Assembly (NCBI GenBank): GCA_030668875.1
Contig: DAOVER010000013.1
Span: forward strand, 30,001-62,000
Direction: 5' to 3'
DNA: 32,000 nt
From: Candidatus Heimdallarchaeota archaeon
Lineage (GTDB): Archaea > Asgardarchaeota > Heimdallarchaeia > Heimdallarchaeales > Heimdallarchaeaceae
Below are positions 9,297 to 18,553 of the stretch, in pieces; positions within the stretch are counted from its first letter, which is position 1; every line of letters starts with the position of its first letter. Made by a program: the position numbers and the translations under genes. Under the pieces are notes generated by a model. The model had not been told where the DNA came from, searched no databases, and worked only from the letters and a program-made list of their open reading frames with translations.

Positions 9297-10064
9297 TTAA
9301 TTCCATTCCTTAAAGGAAGGAAAATGAAAGACTTCACCTTTTTTATCCAGAGCATATAATTGACATTCTGAAAGATCAACATCATTTCGTAGAATCGGCG
9401 ATAAGAGATTATCTTTAGTAGCTGGATTGATAGGAGTACCTGAAGAATAAGCAGAGAAAGCCGGTAAAACAATCAAAGTTATATCCTTTTTCTTCAAGGG
9501 GACAACCACAAAAACTGGTGCTCTTATTTTTTGCAATTTATTGATTCTAGCTTCAAGAATTGGGTGTTCATGCCCAATGATTATATATCTTATTTCCTCT
9601 GGAATTTCCTTTGGTAATTCCTTATCACCGTGAGTGAAAAGATAATTTCCCTTTGTATAGTGATTTTTATAAAAATCAATATTTGCTATGCCCTTTATTG
9701 CCCAACTTAAAAAAACATCATGATTTCCTTGAGTTATTGATATCTTCTTTACATGGGGAGAAATTGCTTTTAGAAACCTTTGAACATCTCTGTTTTCTAT
9801 TCTTGTTGGTTCATGAAAGCTGTGTTTAACATCTCCATTTAGAACCAGTTCATTTGGCTGCAATTCTTTAAGATAATATGTAACCTTTTCGATTAATTCT
9901 TGAGTTTGGTTATGAGCTAAATATGCCCCATCTTCTGACATAATTGCTTCAATCCCTAAATGAAGATCTGCAATTGTCAATATTCTCTCATCTTGAATGT
10001 ACAATATCGGTAAAGAATCGATAATCTTCAACTTGGGAGAGATGTTATATTGAGAAACATTCAT
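9297..10064 (-). CDS. Calcineurin-like metallophosphoesterase (archaeal MJ0037/PdeM-like)
   Basis: All five metal-binding motifs: ADLHLG, NGDVKH, GNHD, HGD, GHEHP; LPAFS motif typical of this subfamily. Confidence 0.9.
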   Translation of the reverse strand: MNVSQYNISPKLKIIDSLPILYIQDERILTIADLHLGIEAIMSEDGAYLAHNQTQELIEKVTYYLKELQPNELVLNGDVKHSFHEPTRIENRDVQRFLKAISPHVKKISITQGNHDVFLSWAIKGIANIDFYKNHYTKGNYLFTHGDKELPKEIPEEIRYIIIGHEHPILEARINKLQKIRAPVFVVVPLKKKDITLIVLPAFSAYSSGTPINPATKDNLLSPILRNDVDLSECQLYALDKKGEVFHFPSFKEWN

Positions 10065-10109
10065 TTAACTCAGTTCCACAATACTATCGATATTAAAAAA
10101 TCTTTATTT

Positions 10110-10760
10110 TCACCTAATTTTTGAAATTCCAATATTTGCAAGTTTAGCAGCATAAATCTTCTTACTTGCCTCACAAGTATAATAAATAATTGAACTCATT
10201 TTCTCTGCTACTATGTTCTGGGTGAATCCTTGTTTCCAATCACTAGAACTTTCACTTATCTCCTTTAGCAATATTCGATAGATTTTATGGCCTCCAAGTT
10301 CTATATCTGTAATCCTCTTTCGGTCATAAACTTGAATATCATCATTATTTGCATGAACTAGATAACCAAATTCCGTTATTGCTCCGAGAATTGTTTTATT
10401 TAAGTTATATAGATACTCCAATGTCTGAAGTTGCATCTCGATATGTCGTTGAGAAAGTTGTGATATAAGGTCAACCATCGTCTTTGAAACATTTTTTAGA
10501 TTCGAGAAGATGGGGTCATATTGATTGATAGATAATTCATATCGATCCTCAGGCGTATATATTGTAGTCGTAATATTATCAATGAAATTTACTATATTTT
10601 CATACAAGGATTCAATCATTTCGACTCTTTCTTCAATTCCGGGGTGATAAAGCAGAGTTAATGTAACAAGATCTGCCATTCTTACCATCGTATCACTAAC
10701 TAACACTGCACAATATACAATTGTATTTGATATGTCAGATGGTGATTCATCAGACGACAT
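10110..10760 (-). CDS. DUF47/PhoU-like helical phosphate-transport regulator homologue (diverged)
   Basis: All-helical two-repeat pattern; IYTPEDRYEL resembles the DUF47 FITPFDREDI motif and ITDIELGGHKIYRILLKEI resembles the second repeat. Start moved to ATG 10760. Confidence 0.55.
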   Translation of the reverse strand: MSSDESPSDISNTIVYCAVLVSDTMVRMADLVTLTLLYHPGIEERVEMIESLYENIVNFIDNITTTIYTPEDRYELSINQYDPIFSNLKNVSKTMVDLISQLSQRHIEMQLQTLEYLYNLNKTILGAITEFGYLVHANNDDIQVYDRKRITDIELGGHKIYRILLKEISESSSDWKQGFTQNIVAEKMSSIIYYTCEASKKIYAAKLANIGISKIR

Positions 10761-10860
10761 ACAGTTCCCCAAAAATAAAAGTGCAAGCAAGTATAAAGAT
10801 GTTGTGCAAATTTAGCCCAATCTACTGTTGTACAAAGAAAAGGAGAGAAAAAGAAAGTTG

Positions 10861-12252
10861 TTATTTCTTTCTTAATGAGTTAGTTGTAATAACTCCAATA
10901 AGTTGTTGTGTCAATCCCTCAGTTATTGAAAGTTTATGTTGAGGAATGAACATGCTGAAATTCCCTTTTTTGTTTTCATCAACCATGGAATACTCTGGTG
11001 AAATCGGTGTTTCTGTTATGTTATCTATTGATATAAAAGCATCAACTGTATAGTGATCAGACCCTATATCATCAAATTCTGTGTTACTTTTTATTGTAGA
11101 ATTAATGAAAGCATTTGTAAAATATTGGTTGACAAAAATATAATCAATCCTAGTGGTGAGAGAAGGTATATGTAATGAGAATCCAGGATCTGCTGGATTT
11201 AAAGTTCTGAAAACATCGGTGAAATTGTGATACTCTGACGAATAATTACCATAAACTGGGTCATCAGGGTAAAGAAGCATAGATACTGGACCTGTACCAA
11301 ATTCATCGTGTTTATCACCTTCAAGTGCACCAATATCATCCGGTGAATTACAATTTAAATCTCCGATATAGATTAAGGGAGCATCTCCAATGTTTTCATC
11401 CATATAATTAATGATTGCTTCTTGTTCACCATTACGTTTTTTTATTGCATCTGGGAATTGACCAGCTTTTAGGTGAATTGCAATAATGTGCACTTCATTA
11501 CCTTCTATGTCAACAACAACATGGAGTAGGGCATGAGTTAAATCTACAACTGTATCATTGTCCGCATGGAGAATTTCAGCTTGATAAACATCCAAGATAG
11601 GATAGCGGCTTAGAATAGCCTCTCCTTGAGTATTCCATTTTATTCCTTGTGTAGTATATCCAACATATGGTGCTTCATCGTAGAAATAACCGTTGAATTC
11701 CTTTACATATTTGTTCAACTGAAAATTGTCACTATTATCCCAATCACCTGTTTCCACAAATACAGCGATATCTGGGTTCTCAGCTTTAACAACATCTTTC
11801 CATTCAGGATTTGCACCACTTTCAAAGACATTGTAATTGAGTATTTTGAACATATCTGTTGGAGCTGAATCAAGAAAATTATCGACAGTAACTACAACAG
11901 AATCCTCTGCAATATTCCCTGCTCCATCTGTAACTTTCACATATAATGTGTGATAACCATCATCATACTCTGTTGTATCCCAAGCATAGCTAACATCATT
12001 TGAAACAAGAGTATCATCCAAATACAGTTCAATAGTTTTAATCTTAGCTGTATATCCTCCAGTATCTGCCATTAAATATTCAACATTGTGTGTTCCGGAA
12101 ACAATATCTAGACTTAGAGGAGAGCTAAATTCAACGGTTGGAGGTGTTTGATCAATTCCAAAATAAATTAATACTACTGTTGAGGAAATAAGAACTACTC
12201 CAATTATCCCGTAAAAAATTACTTTGTTTGCAGTTGTTTGTAGAAATTTCAT
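10861..12252 (-). CDS. Membrane-anchored Ig-like + endonuclease/exonuclease/phosphatase (EEP) domain protein
   Basis: N-terminal TM (VIFYGIIGVVLISSTVVLIYFGI); Ig-like segment DQTPPTV...WDTTEYDDGYHTLYVKVTDGAGN; EEP motifs LNYNV, FVET, AIHL, GDLN, RIDYIF, SDHY. Confidence 0.88.
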   Translation of the reverse strand: MKFLQTTANKVIFYGIIGVVLISSTVVLIYFGIDQTPPTVEFSSPLSLDIVSGTHNVEYLMADTGGYTAKIKTIELYLDDTLVSNDVSYAWDTTEYDDGYHTLYVKVTDGAGNIAEDSVVVTVDNFLDSAPTDMFKILNYNVFESGANPEWKDVVKAENPDIAVFVETGDWDNSDNFQLNKYVKEFNGYFYDEAPYVGYTTQGIKWNTQGEAILSRYPILDVYQAEILHADNDTVVDLTHALLHVVVDIEGNEVHIIAIHLKAGQFPDAIKKRNGEQEAIINYMDENIGDAPLIYIGDLNCNSPDDIGALEGDKHDEFGTGPVSMLLYPDDPVYGNYSSEYHNFTDVFRTLNPADPGFSLHIPSLTTRIDYIFVNQYFTNAFINSTIKSNTEFDDIGSDHYTVDAFISIDNITETPISPEYSMVDENKKGNFSMFIPQHKLSITEGLTQQLIGVITTNSLRKK

Positions 12253-12347
12253 TATTATAATATCTCACAATCACTTTTTAAGAACTAGTATAGATATATT
12301 TTATGTAATTATTTGAATGGGGTTATGACTTGAAATTTCATTGCTGA

Positions 12348-13814
12348 CTAATTTGCCACTTTTTGTTTTTCTATTTCCTTGGTATCTCCACCTAGCAAGA
12401 AGAAGTTTACCACAATCATAAATATAGCAACTAGAACAAATAAAATAGGTATGGAGTAATCAGAATCCAATCCAAATAACGGACCTGAAAAATCTGCAAT
12501 AAATCCAAACAACGGAGCAAATATGAAAACTAATATAGATTTAATCTGGGATTCTGCACTAAGAATAGTGGCTCTTTGCTCCTTCTTCATTATACCTGCA
12601 AGATAATCAACACAAAGCGGTCTTCTTATGTTTTGAAAAATGTATATGAAAAGATAAAGAAAAATAACAACAATGGGTAGCCGAACGGATATGAAAACTG
12701 CGTTCAGAATTAGAACTCCTGCAAATAAATAAAATAATATGTCCATAGAATTTTTTGCGTTCTTTAACCAGTTTCTAACCAAGTAAGCATATCTTGAAGA
12801 AATGGAAGACAGTAGATAAAAAAGTGAATACATACACCCCAGAATAATTATGATTAGGTTATTTGATGTGAAAATGGATGAAGAAGACAGTAAAGTGAAA
12901 TTCGCTATGATGATTGGAATGAGGTTATCTGGGGTGAAAATGGAAGAAGAAGATGCTAGGCCTATATTTGCTATGATGACTAGAATGTAGATCTTGATGA
13001 TAGGTTGTATATAGTCTTTAAGACTTTTATATATTGCATCATAGGTGGCTGATGAAAATGCACCCTTCCTTAATCTTATCTTTTTAAATGCAACAAATAT
13101 GTCCCTAAACCCTTTACCCATTTCTTTCCAAAATGATGTCTCTCTTGGTTGATGCTCATTCATATATTTAGGGTAGGTCGCAATTAGAATGAAATCACAA
13201 ACATAAGGGATAATAGCAACTATAAACACCCATTGTGCATTTGGGAGAAAAAGGACGAGAAAAATAGATGCTATTCCATTAACTGTCGATCCTATCAGTG
13301 ACCATGACCGAGTTCTTCCATAAACATATGTTTTATGCTCATTGTAGTTGTTTTTGTCCACCCAAGTTAAGATCATAGCTTTATGGGTTCCTGAACGAAA
13401 AGATTCTCCTAAACCATAGAATGCAGCTGCAATAAATAAAACAAAAAAGTAATCAAAAGATAGACTAAATCCAATGAAGTACAATATGAATGATGCAACG
13501 TAGAAAAGAAAACACAATAGCAGTTCATTCTTTCTTCCAAACTTATCTGCAAGAATTCCTGAAGGGATCTCAAAAAGATATGTAAATACCTCTTGGACAA
13601 GGAAAAGAGTTCCAATAGTAAGCAATGGAAAGTCAGAATCTCCTAGATATACAAGGAGCATGACAATAAGATAGGGTTCAAAGAATCTCAGATTTTTAAA
13701 GAAACCATAAAATCGAAACTTCCACATCAGTGGATCAGCAAGTATTTTCTTCTGAATTTCTTTATTCTGAGATGGATCCGTCATATGAAAACTAATTCCA
13801 TTTAATCTAACCAA
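12348..13814 (-). CDS. MFS transporter
   Basis: FEIPSGILADKFGRK MFS motif A, GLGESFRSGT, EQRATILS; about 12 TM segments. Confidence 0.88.
   Translation of the reverse strand: MVRLNGISFHMTDPSQNKEIQKKILADPLMWKFRFYGFFKNLRFFEPYLIVMLLVYLGDSDFPLLTIGTLFLVQEVFTYLFEIPSGILADKFGRKNELLLCFLFYVASFILYFIGFSLSFDYFFVLFIAAAFYGLGESFRSGTHKAMILTWVDKNNYNEHKTYVYGRTRSWSLIGSTVNGIASIFLVLFLPNAQWVFIVAIIPYVCDFILIATYPKYMNEHQPRETSFWKEMGKGFRDIFVAFKKIRLRKGAFSSATYDAIYKSLKDYIQPIIKIYILVIIANIGLASSSSIFTPDNLIPIIIANFTLLSSSSIFTSNNLIIIILGCMYSLFYLLSSISSRYAYLVRNWLKNAKNSMDILFYLFAGVLILNAVFISVRLPIVVIFLYLFIYIFQNIRRPLCVDYLAGIMKKEQRATILSAESQIKSILVFIFAPLFGFIADFSGPLFGLDSDYSIPILFVLVAIFMIVVNFFLLGGDTKEIEKQKVAN
12848..12979. repeat. Diverged 66-bp tandem duplication inside the MFS gene
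   Basis: AGGTTAT at 12856 and 12922, GTGAAAATGG at 12868 and 12934, GCTATGATGA at 12904 and 12970, all offset by 66 nt; encodes IIANIGLASSSSIFTPDNLIPI / IIANFTLLSSSSIFTSNNLIII. Confidence 0.85.
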
Positions 13815-13827
13815 ATAAATATTTTAC

Positions 13828-14115
13828 TCATAAATCTGAGTTATCGACAATTACATCTTTAGTGATGGGTTCAGTGACGTAAATATTCACTGCTTCAGAA
13901 AGAGTGTTCATCTCACCTTTATTGTATTTATCTATTCTTAACTCTACACACTTGTTACATAAACCAGCGGGTATAATTATGTTTGAAACTAACTCTTTTT
14001 TCTCTCTACTTGAACATCTTCCACAAAGTGGCTGACCACAATTAGAACAACAATATTTAGCTCTAGATCCACATTTAGAGCACGTAGTTTCGAAAAGTAG
14101 AATTATCTTAACCAA
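13828..14115 (-). CDS. Small multi-Cys zinc-finger protein
   Basis: CSKC-x6-CCSNC-x4-CGRC-x18-CNKC: four CxxC pairs in 95 aa; TTG start directly upstream of the MFS gene on the same strand. Confidence 0.75.
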   Translation of the reverse strand: MVKIILLFETTCSKCGSRAKYCCSNCGQPLCGRCSSREKKELVSNIIIPAGLCNKCVELRIDKYNKGEMNTLSEAVNIYVTEPITKDVIVDNSDL

Positions 14116-14190
14116 GAATTATCACTAATAATTTGTGAATCTTAAACTATTAAAACCACACAAAAATGTCAATTTTCTAATGGGTGTAGA

Positions 14191-14562
14191 TTATGTCAAA
14201 CTTCTCTTTGTTGTAGAATCCAATAGCAAGTGACTAAAATATCCCAAACAAAAGCCAAAAATGAGATAGACATAGAAAAGGTGGTCATAGAGCGGAATGA
14301 TAACAAAAGCCATAACAAAAGATGCAATAAAAGTTATTGCAAAGATGAACCAGGAATGGAAGAACTTTCTATGATCTGGGTGGGTTGGTCGCTCAATAAG
14401 GTCAGGAAGAATTGATCCTATAAATATGCACACAAGTGATGCTGCTAAAATCAGTGATAGTGTTAAATAATTTAGCTCTGACGAAAAGAAATAGTATGTT
14501 AAACCTACGAGAGGTAGTCCGATAATTTCACCAACAGCTATGTGAGTTATTTTTCCCGACAA
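14191..14562 (-). CDS. YdjM-like membrane-bound metal-dependent hydrolase
   Basis: THIAVG, GSILPDL, HRKFFHS, GYFSHLLLDS.T motifs with TM segments; TTG start with AGGAG SD about 8 nt upstream. Confidence 0.85.
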   Translation of the reverse strand: MSGKITHIAVGEIIGLPLVGLTYYFFSSELNYLTLSLILAASLVCIFIGSILPDLIERPTHPDHRKFFHSWFIFAITFIASFVMAFVIIPLYDHLFYVYLIFGFCLGYFSHLLLDSTTKRSLT

Positions 14563-14666
14563 TAAGTTCGCTCCTACTAATATATGATAAGTTTTGTATT
14601 TAAACTAAAGTAAATACAGCGTCTTACATTTAACAAAAGAATAACAAGAAACTGAATATGCGCTTT

Positions 14667-14819
14667 CTAAGATTCACCATTCAGAGCACTTTCACTCATT
14701 TTAAAAATTCTTGGCGACATTCCAAGCACGAGCGTATAGAAAAGCAAATTACATACTTTACAGTATTGTTTATTTTCTCCTATTTTGACTAAAAATTTAC
14801 CGCATCTTTGGCATTTCAT
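14667..14819 (-). CDS. 50-aa Zn-ribbon microprotein (not in ORF track)
   Basis: Manual translation: MKCQRCGKFLVKIGENKQYCKVCNLLFYTLVLGMSPRIFKMSESALNGES*; CxxC-x13-CxxC; AGGTG SD 5 nt upstream of the ATG. Confidence 0.6.
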   Translation of the reverse strand: MKCQRCGKFLVKIGENKQYCKVCNLLFYTLVLGMSPRIFKMSESALNGES

Positions 14820-15018
14820 TTTAACACCTGGAGATTGTATCTAAACAGTTTCAGTTGGTATGGTATTTTAGGGTGTAATAAGATTTGTTGTGAACTTCCA
14901 ATTTGGCGTAAAATATTTTTTTGTTCAATTTTAATTTCAGAGTTTTCAGTATTTAAATTATAAGGCATTCTTCTTTACAGTATTATTTTGGTTTTTATAG
15001 GTTAATCTCAGTTGATTT

Positions 15019-16152
15019 ATGAGTCAGATGGCAAAGGAAAAAATCATACGTGAACCAACAGAAATTCGAAATAGAGATGAAATTGAAGCATTAAAGCAAA
15101 ATGATACTTATGATAAGCCTGAAAATTGGTTTCTCAGCCCTAGAATGGTTGAAACCTTTATTTTGGGATCCGATGAAGTACTAGAATATGAAGTAAAAGA
15201 TAAGAAAAAGAAAATAAAGATAACAAGAAAATTTTACGGAGATAACGTTCTAGTACAACGAAGTATTATTACACTAGCTTCAGACAGAGGTTTGCTACTA
15301 ATTGGTGAGCCTGGAACAGCTAAGAGCTGGTTATCTGAACATCTAGCTGCAGGAATTTCGCATACTTCATTAAATGGAATTCAAGGAACTGCTGGAGTAA
15401 CTGAAGATCAGATAAAATACTCATGGAATTATGCTATGTTACTGGCAGAAGGACCTTCATTGAACGCTTTAGTACCTAGCCCTGTTTATGTAGGGATGAA
15501 GGATGGGTTAATAACTAGATTTGAAGAAGTAACAAGATGTCCTAGAGAGATCCAAGATACTTTGATTAGCATTCTTTCAGATAAGGTTCTCATTGTTCCC
15601 GAATTAGGTGAAAAAGGTGTCTTATTAGCAAGAAAGGGATTCAACATTATAGGAACCGCTAACACGAGAGATAAGGGAGTAAATGAGATGAGTTCAGCTC
15701 TTAAAAGACGTTTTAATTTTGAAACTGTACACCCAATAAAGAGCGTGAAAGAAGAGATTGAAGTTGTTCAAAATCAAACCGAGGGTATGCTTGAAAGTGA
15801 TAATGTGAAGGTTGAATTCAAACATGACATTTACGAATTGCTAGTGAAAACTTTTCACGAGCTTAGAAAAGGAGAAACGACAGATGGAGTGAAGGTTAAC
15901 ATACCTTCAACAGTTATGTCTACAGCTGAAGCAGTCTCTGTTGCGTATAATTCTGGTCTTTATGCACGATATTATGATGATGGGATTGTTAAACCAAAGC
16001 ATTTAGCTATCAACATCAAAGGGGCTGTAATCAAAGATAACAATGAAGATATCCAGAAGCTGAATCAATATTGGGATCTTATTGTAAAACGAAGAGGATC
16101 TAATAACAAAGATTGGTCCAGTTACTATGACTCAAAGAAATACCTCATGTGA
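15019..16152 (+). CDS. MoxR-family AAA+ ATPase, YehL-type
   Basis: Walker A GEPGTAKS, Walker B variant RFEEVTR, sensor-1 GTANTRDKGVNEMSSALKRRF with Arg finger, IKYSWNYAMLLAEGPS and STAEAVSV, all characteristic of YehL-like proteins. Confidence 0.9.
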   Translation: MSQMAKEKIIREPTEIRNRDEIEALKQNDTYDKPENWFLSPRMVETFILGSDEVLEYEVKDKKKKIKITRKFYGDNVLVQRSIITLASDRGLLLIGEPGTAKSWLSEHLAAGISHTSLNGIQGTAGVTEDQIKYSWNYAMLLAEGPSLNALVPSPVYVGMKDGLITRFEEVTRCPREIQDTLISILSDKVLIVPELGEKGVLLARKGFNIIGTANTRDKGVNEMSSALKRRFNFETVHPIKSVKEEIEVVQNQTEGMLESDNVKVEFKHDIYELLVKTFHELRKGETTDGVKVNIPSTVMSTAEAVSVAYNSGLYARYYDDGIVKPKHLAINIKGAVIKDNNEDIQKLNQYWDLIVKRRGSNNKDWSSYYDSKKYLM

Positions 16153-16156
16153 TAAT

Positions 16157-18553
16157 ATGAGTGACCTTGACTCAAAGGAAACAATGGAAGGTATACAAAA
16201 AAAGATCCGAAAAATCGAAGACCAAACCATTGTTTACTTCCCTATTAAACATCATTCAATTGCATGTTCTCATTATCTAGAAAAGGCTATAGATTTCTAT
16301 AAACCTGAAAAAATATTGATAGAACTTCCATTTGGAGCTGAAGTAAATTTACCTATTCTACAATCAGATCTAACAATACCACCTATTGCTTTACATTCAT
16401 TTTACGTGGATAACCTAAATATCTTCGAATTAAATGGAAAACTATCTCCTGATGAGAGCATCCCAGTAAGATTTGAAGGATACCATCCTATTGTAGCTTA
16501 TTCACCTGAGTATCATGCTATACAACTAGCTAAAGAAAAGGAAATTGAGGTGGAATTTATTGATCTGCCTTTGTATAATATTATTCCTTATAGATTTAAG
16601 CAATCCTCTATATCTTTGTTCTATCCCGATGAAAGATATTATGAATTTAATGCATATGGAGCTCTCTTAGCAAAGAAATTACGGTGTAGGAATTTCCATG
16701 AGGTTTGGGAAACAATGTTCGAAACAAACCTTGATATGAACTTTCAAGAATTCATGAGGAAACTTTATATATTCAGCTTAGTTGCGAGAAGTTCCCTTTC
16801 AGAAGAATTTCTAGAACAGGAGGGAGCTAATATTCGTGAAGAATTTATGAAGTACAGAATAAAGAAAAGTTACCAAGATATACAAGAAAAAGATCGCAAA
16901 GGTAGTTTGTTAGTTGTAACTGGTGCCTTTCATTCTGTTGTTTTGCCCTTTCTAAAAGGAAAAACTCAGAAAATAAGAAAAAAAGAGAACGTAATAATAA
17001 CCGTTCCATACACCTATAATCAATTAGCTCTTTCAAGTGGATATCAATCAGGAAATCCAGCACCCAGATATTATGATAAATTATGGTCCAATTTACGAAA
17101 TCCAGACATCAAGGATATTAAAATTGCAACATTAAATTTAGCTCTTGAAGTGAAAAATCAATCAAGAGAATATGGATCATTTGTTAGTGTTGCTGATAGT
17201 GTTCATGTTTTTAGAATGGCTCAAAACCTAGGCAGTTTCAGAGGAAAAGAAACCACTGGTTACTATGACTTAGTGGATGCTGTTAAATCAGTTTTTATCA
17301 AAGGTGATGAGAAAATATACGGACCCTCGATATATCGTGCTCTGGATGAAATACTCATAGGAGATGAGTACGGGACAATAGATCCTAATTTATCAACTAC
17401 GCCTCTACTAGCTGATTTCCAATACAGAGCAAAGAAATTACGAATTAAGTTAGCTGCTGCAACTAAGTTGATGAGATTGAATTTGTACCAAACAAGTACT
17501 GCAAAACTAAAGTCACAATTCCTTCATCAGACAGTTTTTCTAAATTTAGGCTTTGGAGAAATGATAAAGGGACCAAATTTGATAAAGAAAGAGAATTTAC
17601 ACCTACTTGCGGAACAGTGGAATATTGCTTATAATCGTGGTGTTGAAATTAAATTAATCAGTTCGATAAGTTTAGGTAATACTGTTAGAAACGCTTGTTT
17701 AACACTCCTTAGAGAAAAATTTGCTTCTACTGGAGAATCTGGCGTGGCAAGTGAACTTTTGTTAGTAGCTGCACAAATGGGTTTAGTTGAAGTGCTTGAT
17801 GATTTAGGGAAACAGCTGATTGATATTATAGATAAAGATCGTGATTTCAAAAGTCTCGTTCAAGCTCTCTACCAATTAGTTGCACTTTACAATTATCAAG
17901 AATCCTTGTTAACTGAAGGATTTAAACCTCTCCTAAGACTAATAGAACAAGCATATATCCGAGCAACTTTTCTAGTACCTTCAATTCTTCTGATTCAGGA
18001 AGATGAAGAGGAAACTGTAATTGAAAAAATCAAAGCCTTAACAAACTTTATTCTATCTTTTGATGATATTGAAGTTGATAAGAATCTCTTCATAGGGCAG
18101 ATTAAGACAACTCTTACAAACGGAAAAGGAAACCATGCAGTGAAAGGTGCATTAACCGGTGTTTTATATTCCTTACACGAAAAGAAAGTTGATGAATTGA
18201 CACGGGAAATCAATGGTTATTTCGTAGGTGGAGCTTCTCTAGATGGAGGTAGTTTTGTTTATGGGTTGTTTATGATTTGTAGAGAAATATTACTACTGAA
18301 AGAAGATTTCTTTGATCGAATAGATAATTTAGTATGTCAATTTTCTAATGAAGATTTTCTAACAATTTTACCATTATTTAGACGATCATTTTCTCTTTTT
18401 ACACCAAAGGAAATTGATATTATCGGTTCCAATGTTGCGCAGAAAAGAGAAATAGAAAAAATGGAAAAGATAGAGATAAGTGGAAATCTAGCTGAACTTC
18501 TGCATTTTGCTGACCAGTTAGCAGGAAGTAAATTCGAGGAGATGGGCTTATGA
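16157..18553 (+). CDS. DUF5682/YehM-like protein
   Basis: PIKHHSIACS, ILIELP, YSPEYHAI, REEFM, VVTGAFHS, PYTYNQL...SGYQSGNPAPRYY, KSQFLH, EQW; position between a YehL-type ATPase and a VWA gene. Start moved to ATG 16157. Confidence 0.82.
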   Translation: MSDLDSKETMEGIQKKIRKIEDQTIVYFPIKHHSIACSHYLEKAIDFYKPEKILIELPFGAEVNLPILQSDLTIPPIALHSFYVDNLNIFELNGKLSPDESIPVRFEGYHPIVAYSPEYHAIQLAKEKEIEVEFIDLPLYNIIPYRFKQSSISLFYPDERYYEFNAYGALLAKKLRCRNFHEVWETMFETNLDMNFQEFMRKLYIFSLVARSSLSEEFLEQEGANIREEFMKYRIKKSYQDIQEKDRKGSLLVVTGAFHSVVLPFLKGKTQKIRKKENVIITVPYTYNQLALSSGYQSGNPAPRYYDKLWSNLRNPDIKDIKIATLNLALEVKNQSREYGSFVSVADSVHVFRMAQNLGSFRGKETTGYYDLVDAVKSVFIKGDEKIYGPSIYRALDEILIGDEYGTIDPNLSTTPLLADFQYRAKKLRIKLAAATKLMRLNLYQTSTAKLKSQFLHQTVFLNLGFGEMIKGPNLIKKENLHLLAEQWNIAYNRGVEIKLISSISLGNTVRNACLTLLREKFASTGESGVASELLLVAAQMGLVEVLDDLGKQLIDIIDKDRDFKSLVQALYQLVALYNYQESLLTEGFKPLLRLIEQAYIRATFLVPSILLIQEDEEETVIEKIKALTNFILSFDDIEVDKNLFIGQIKTTLTNGKGNHAVKGALTGVLYSLHEKKVDELTREINGYFVGGASLDGGSFVYGLFMICREILLLKEDFFDRIDNLVCQFSNEDFLTILPLFRRSFSLFTPKEIDIIGSNVAQKREIEKMEKIEISGNLAELLHFADQLAGSKFEEMGL

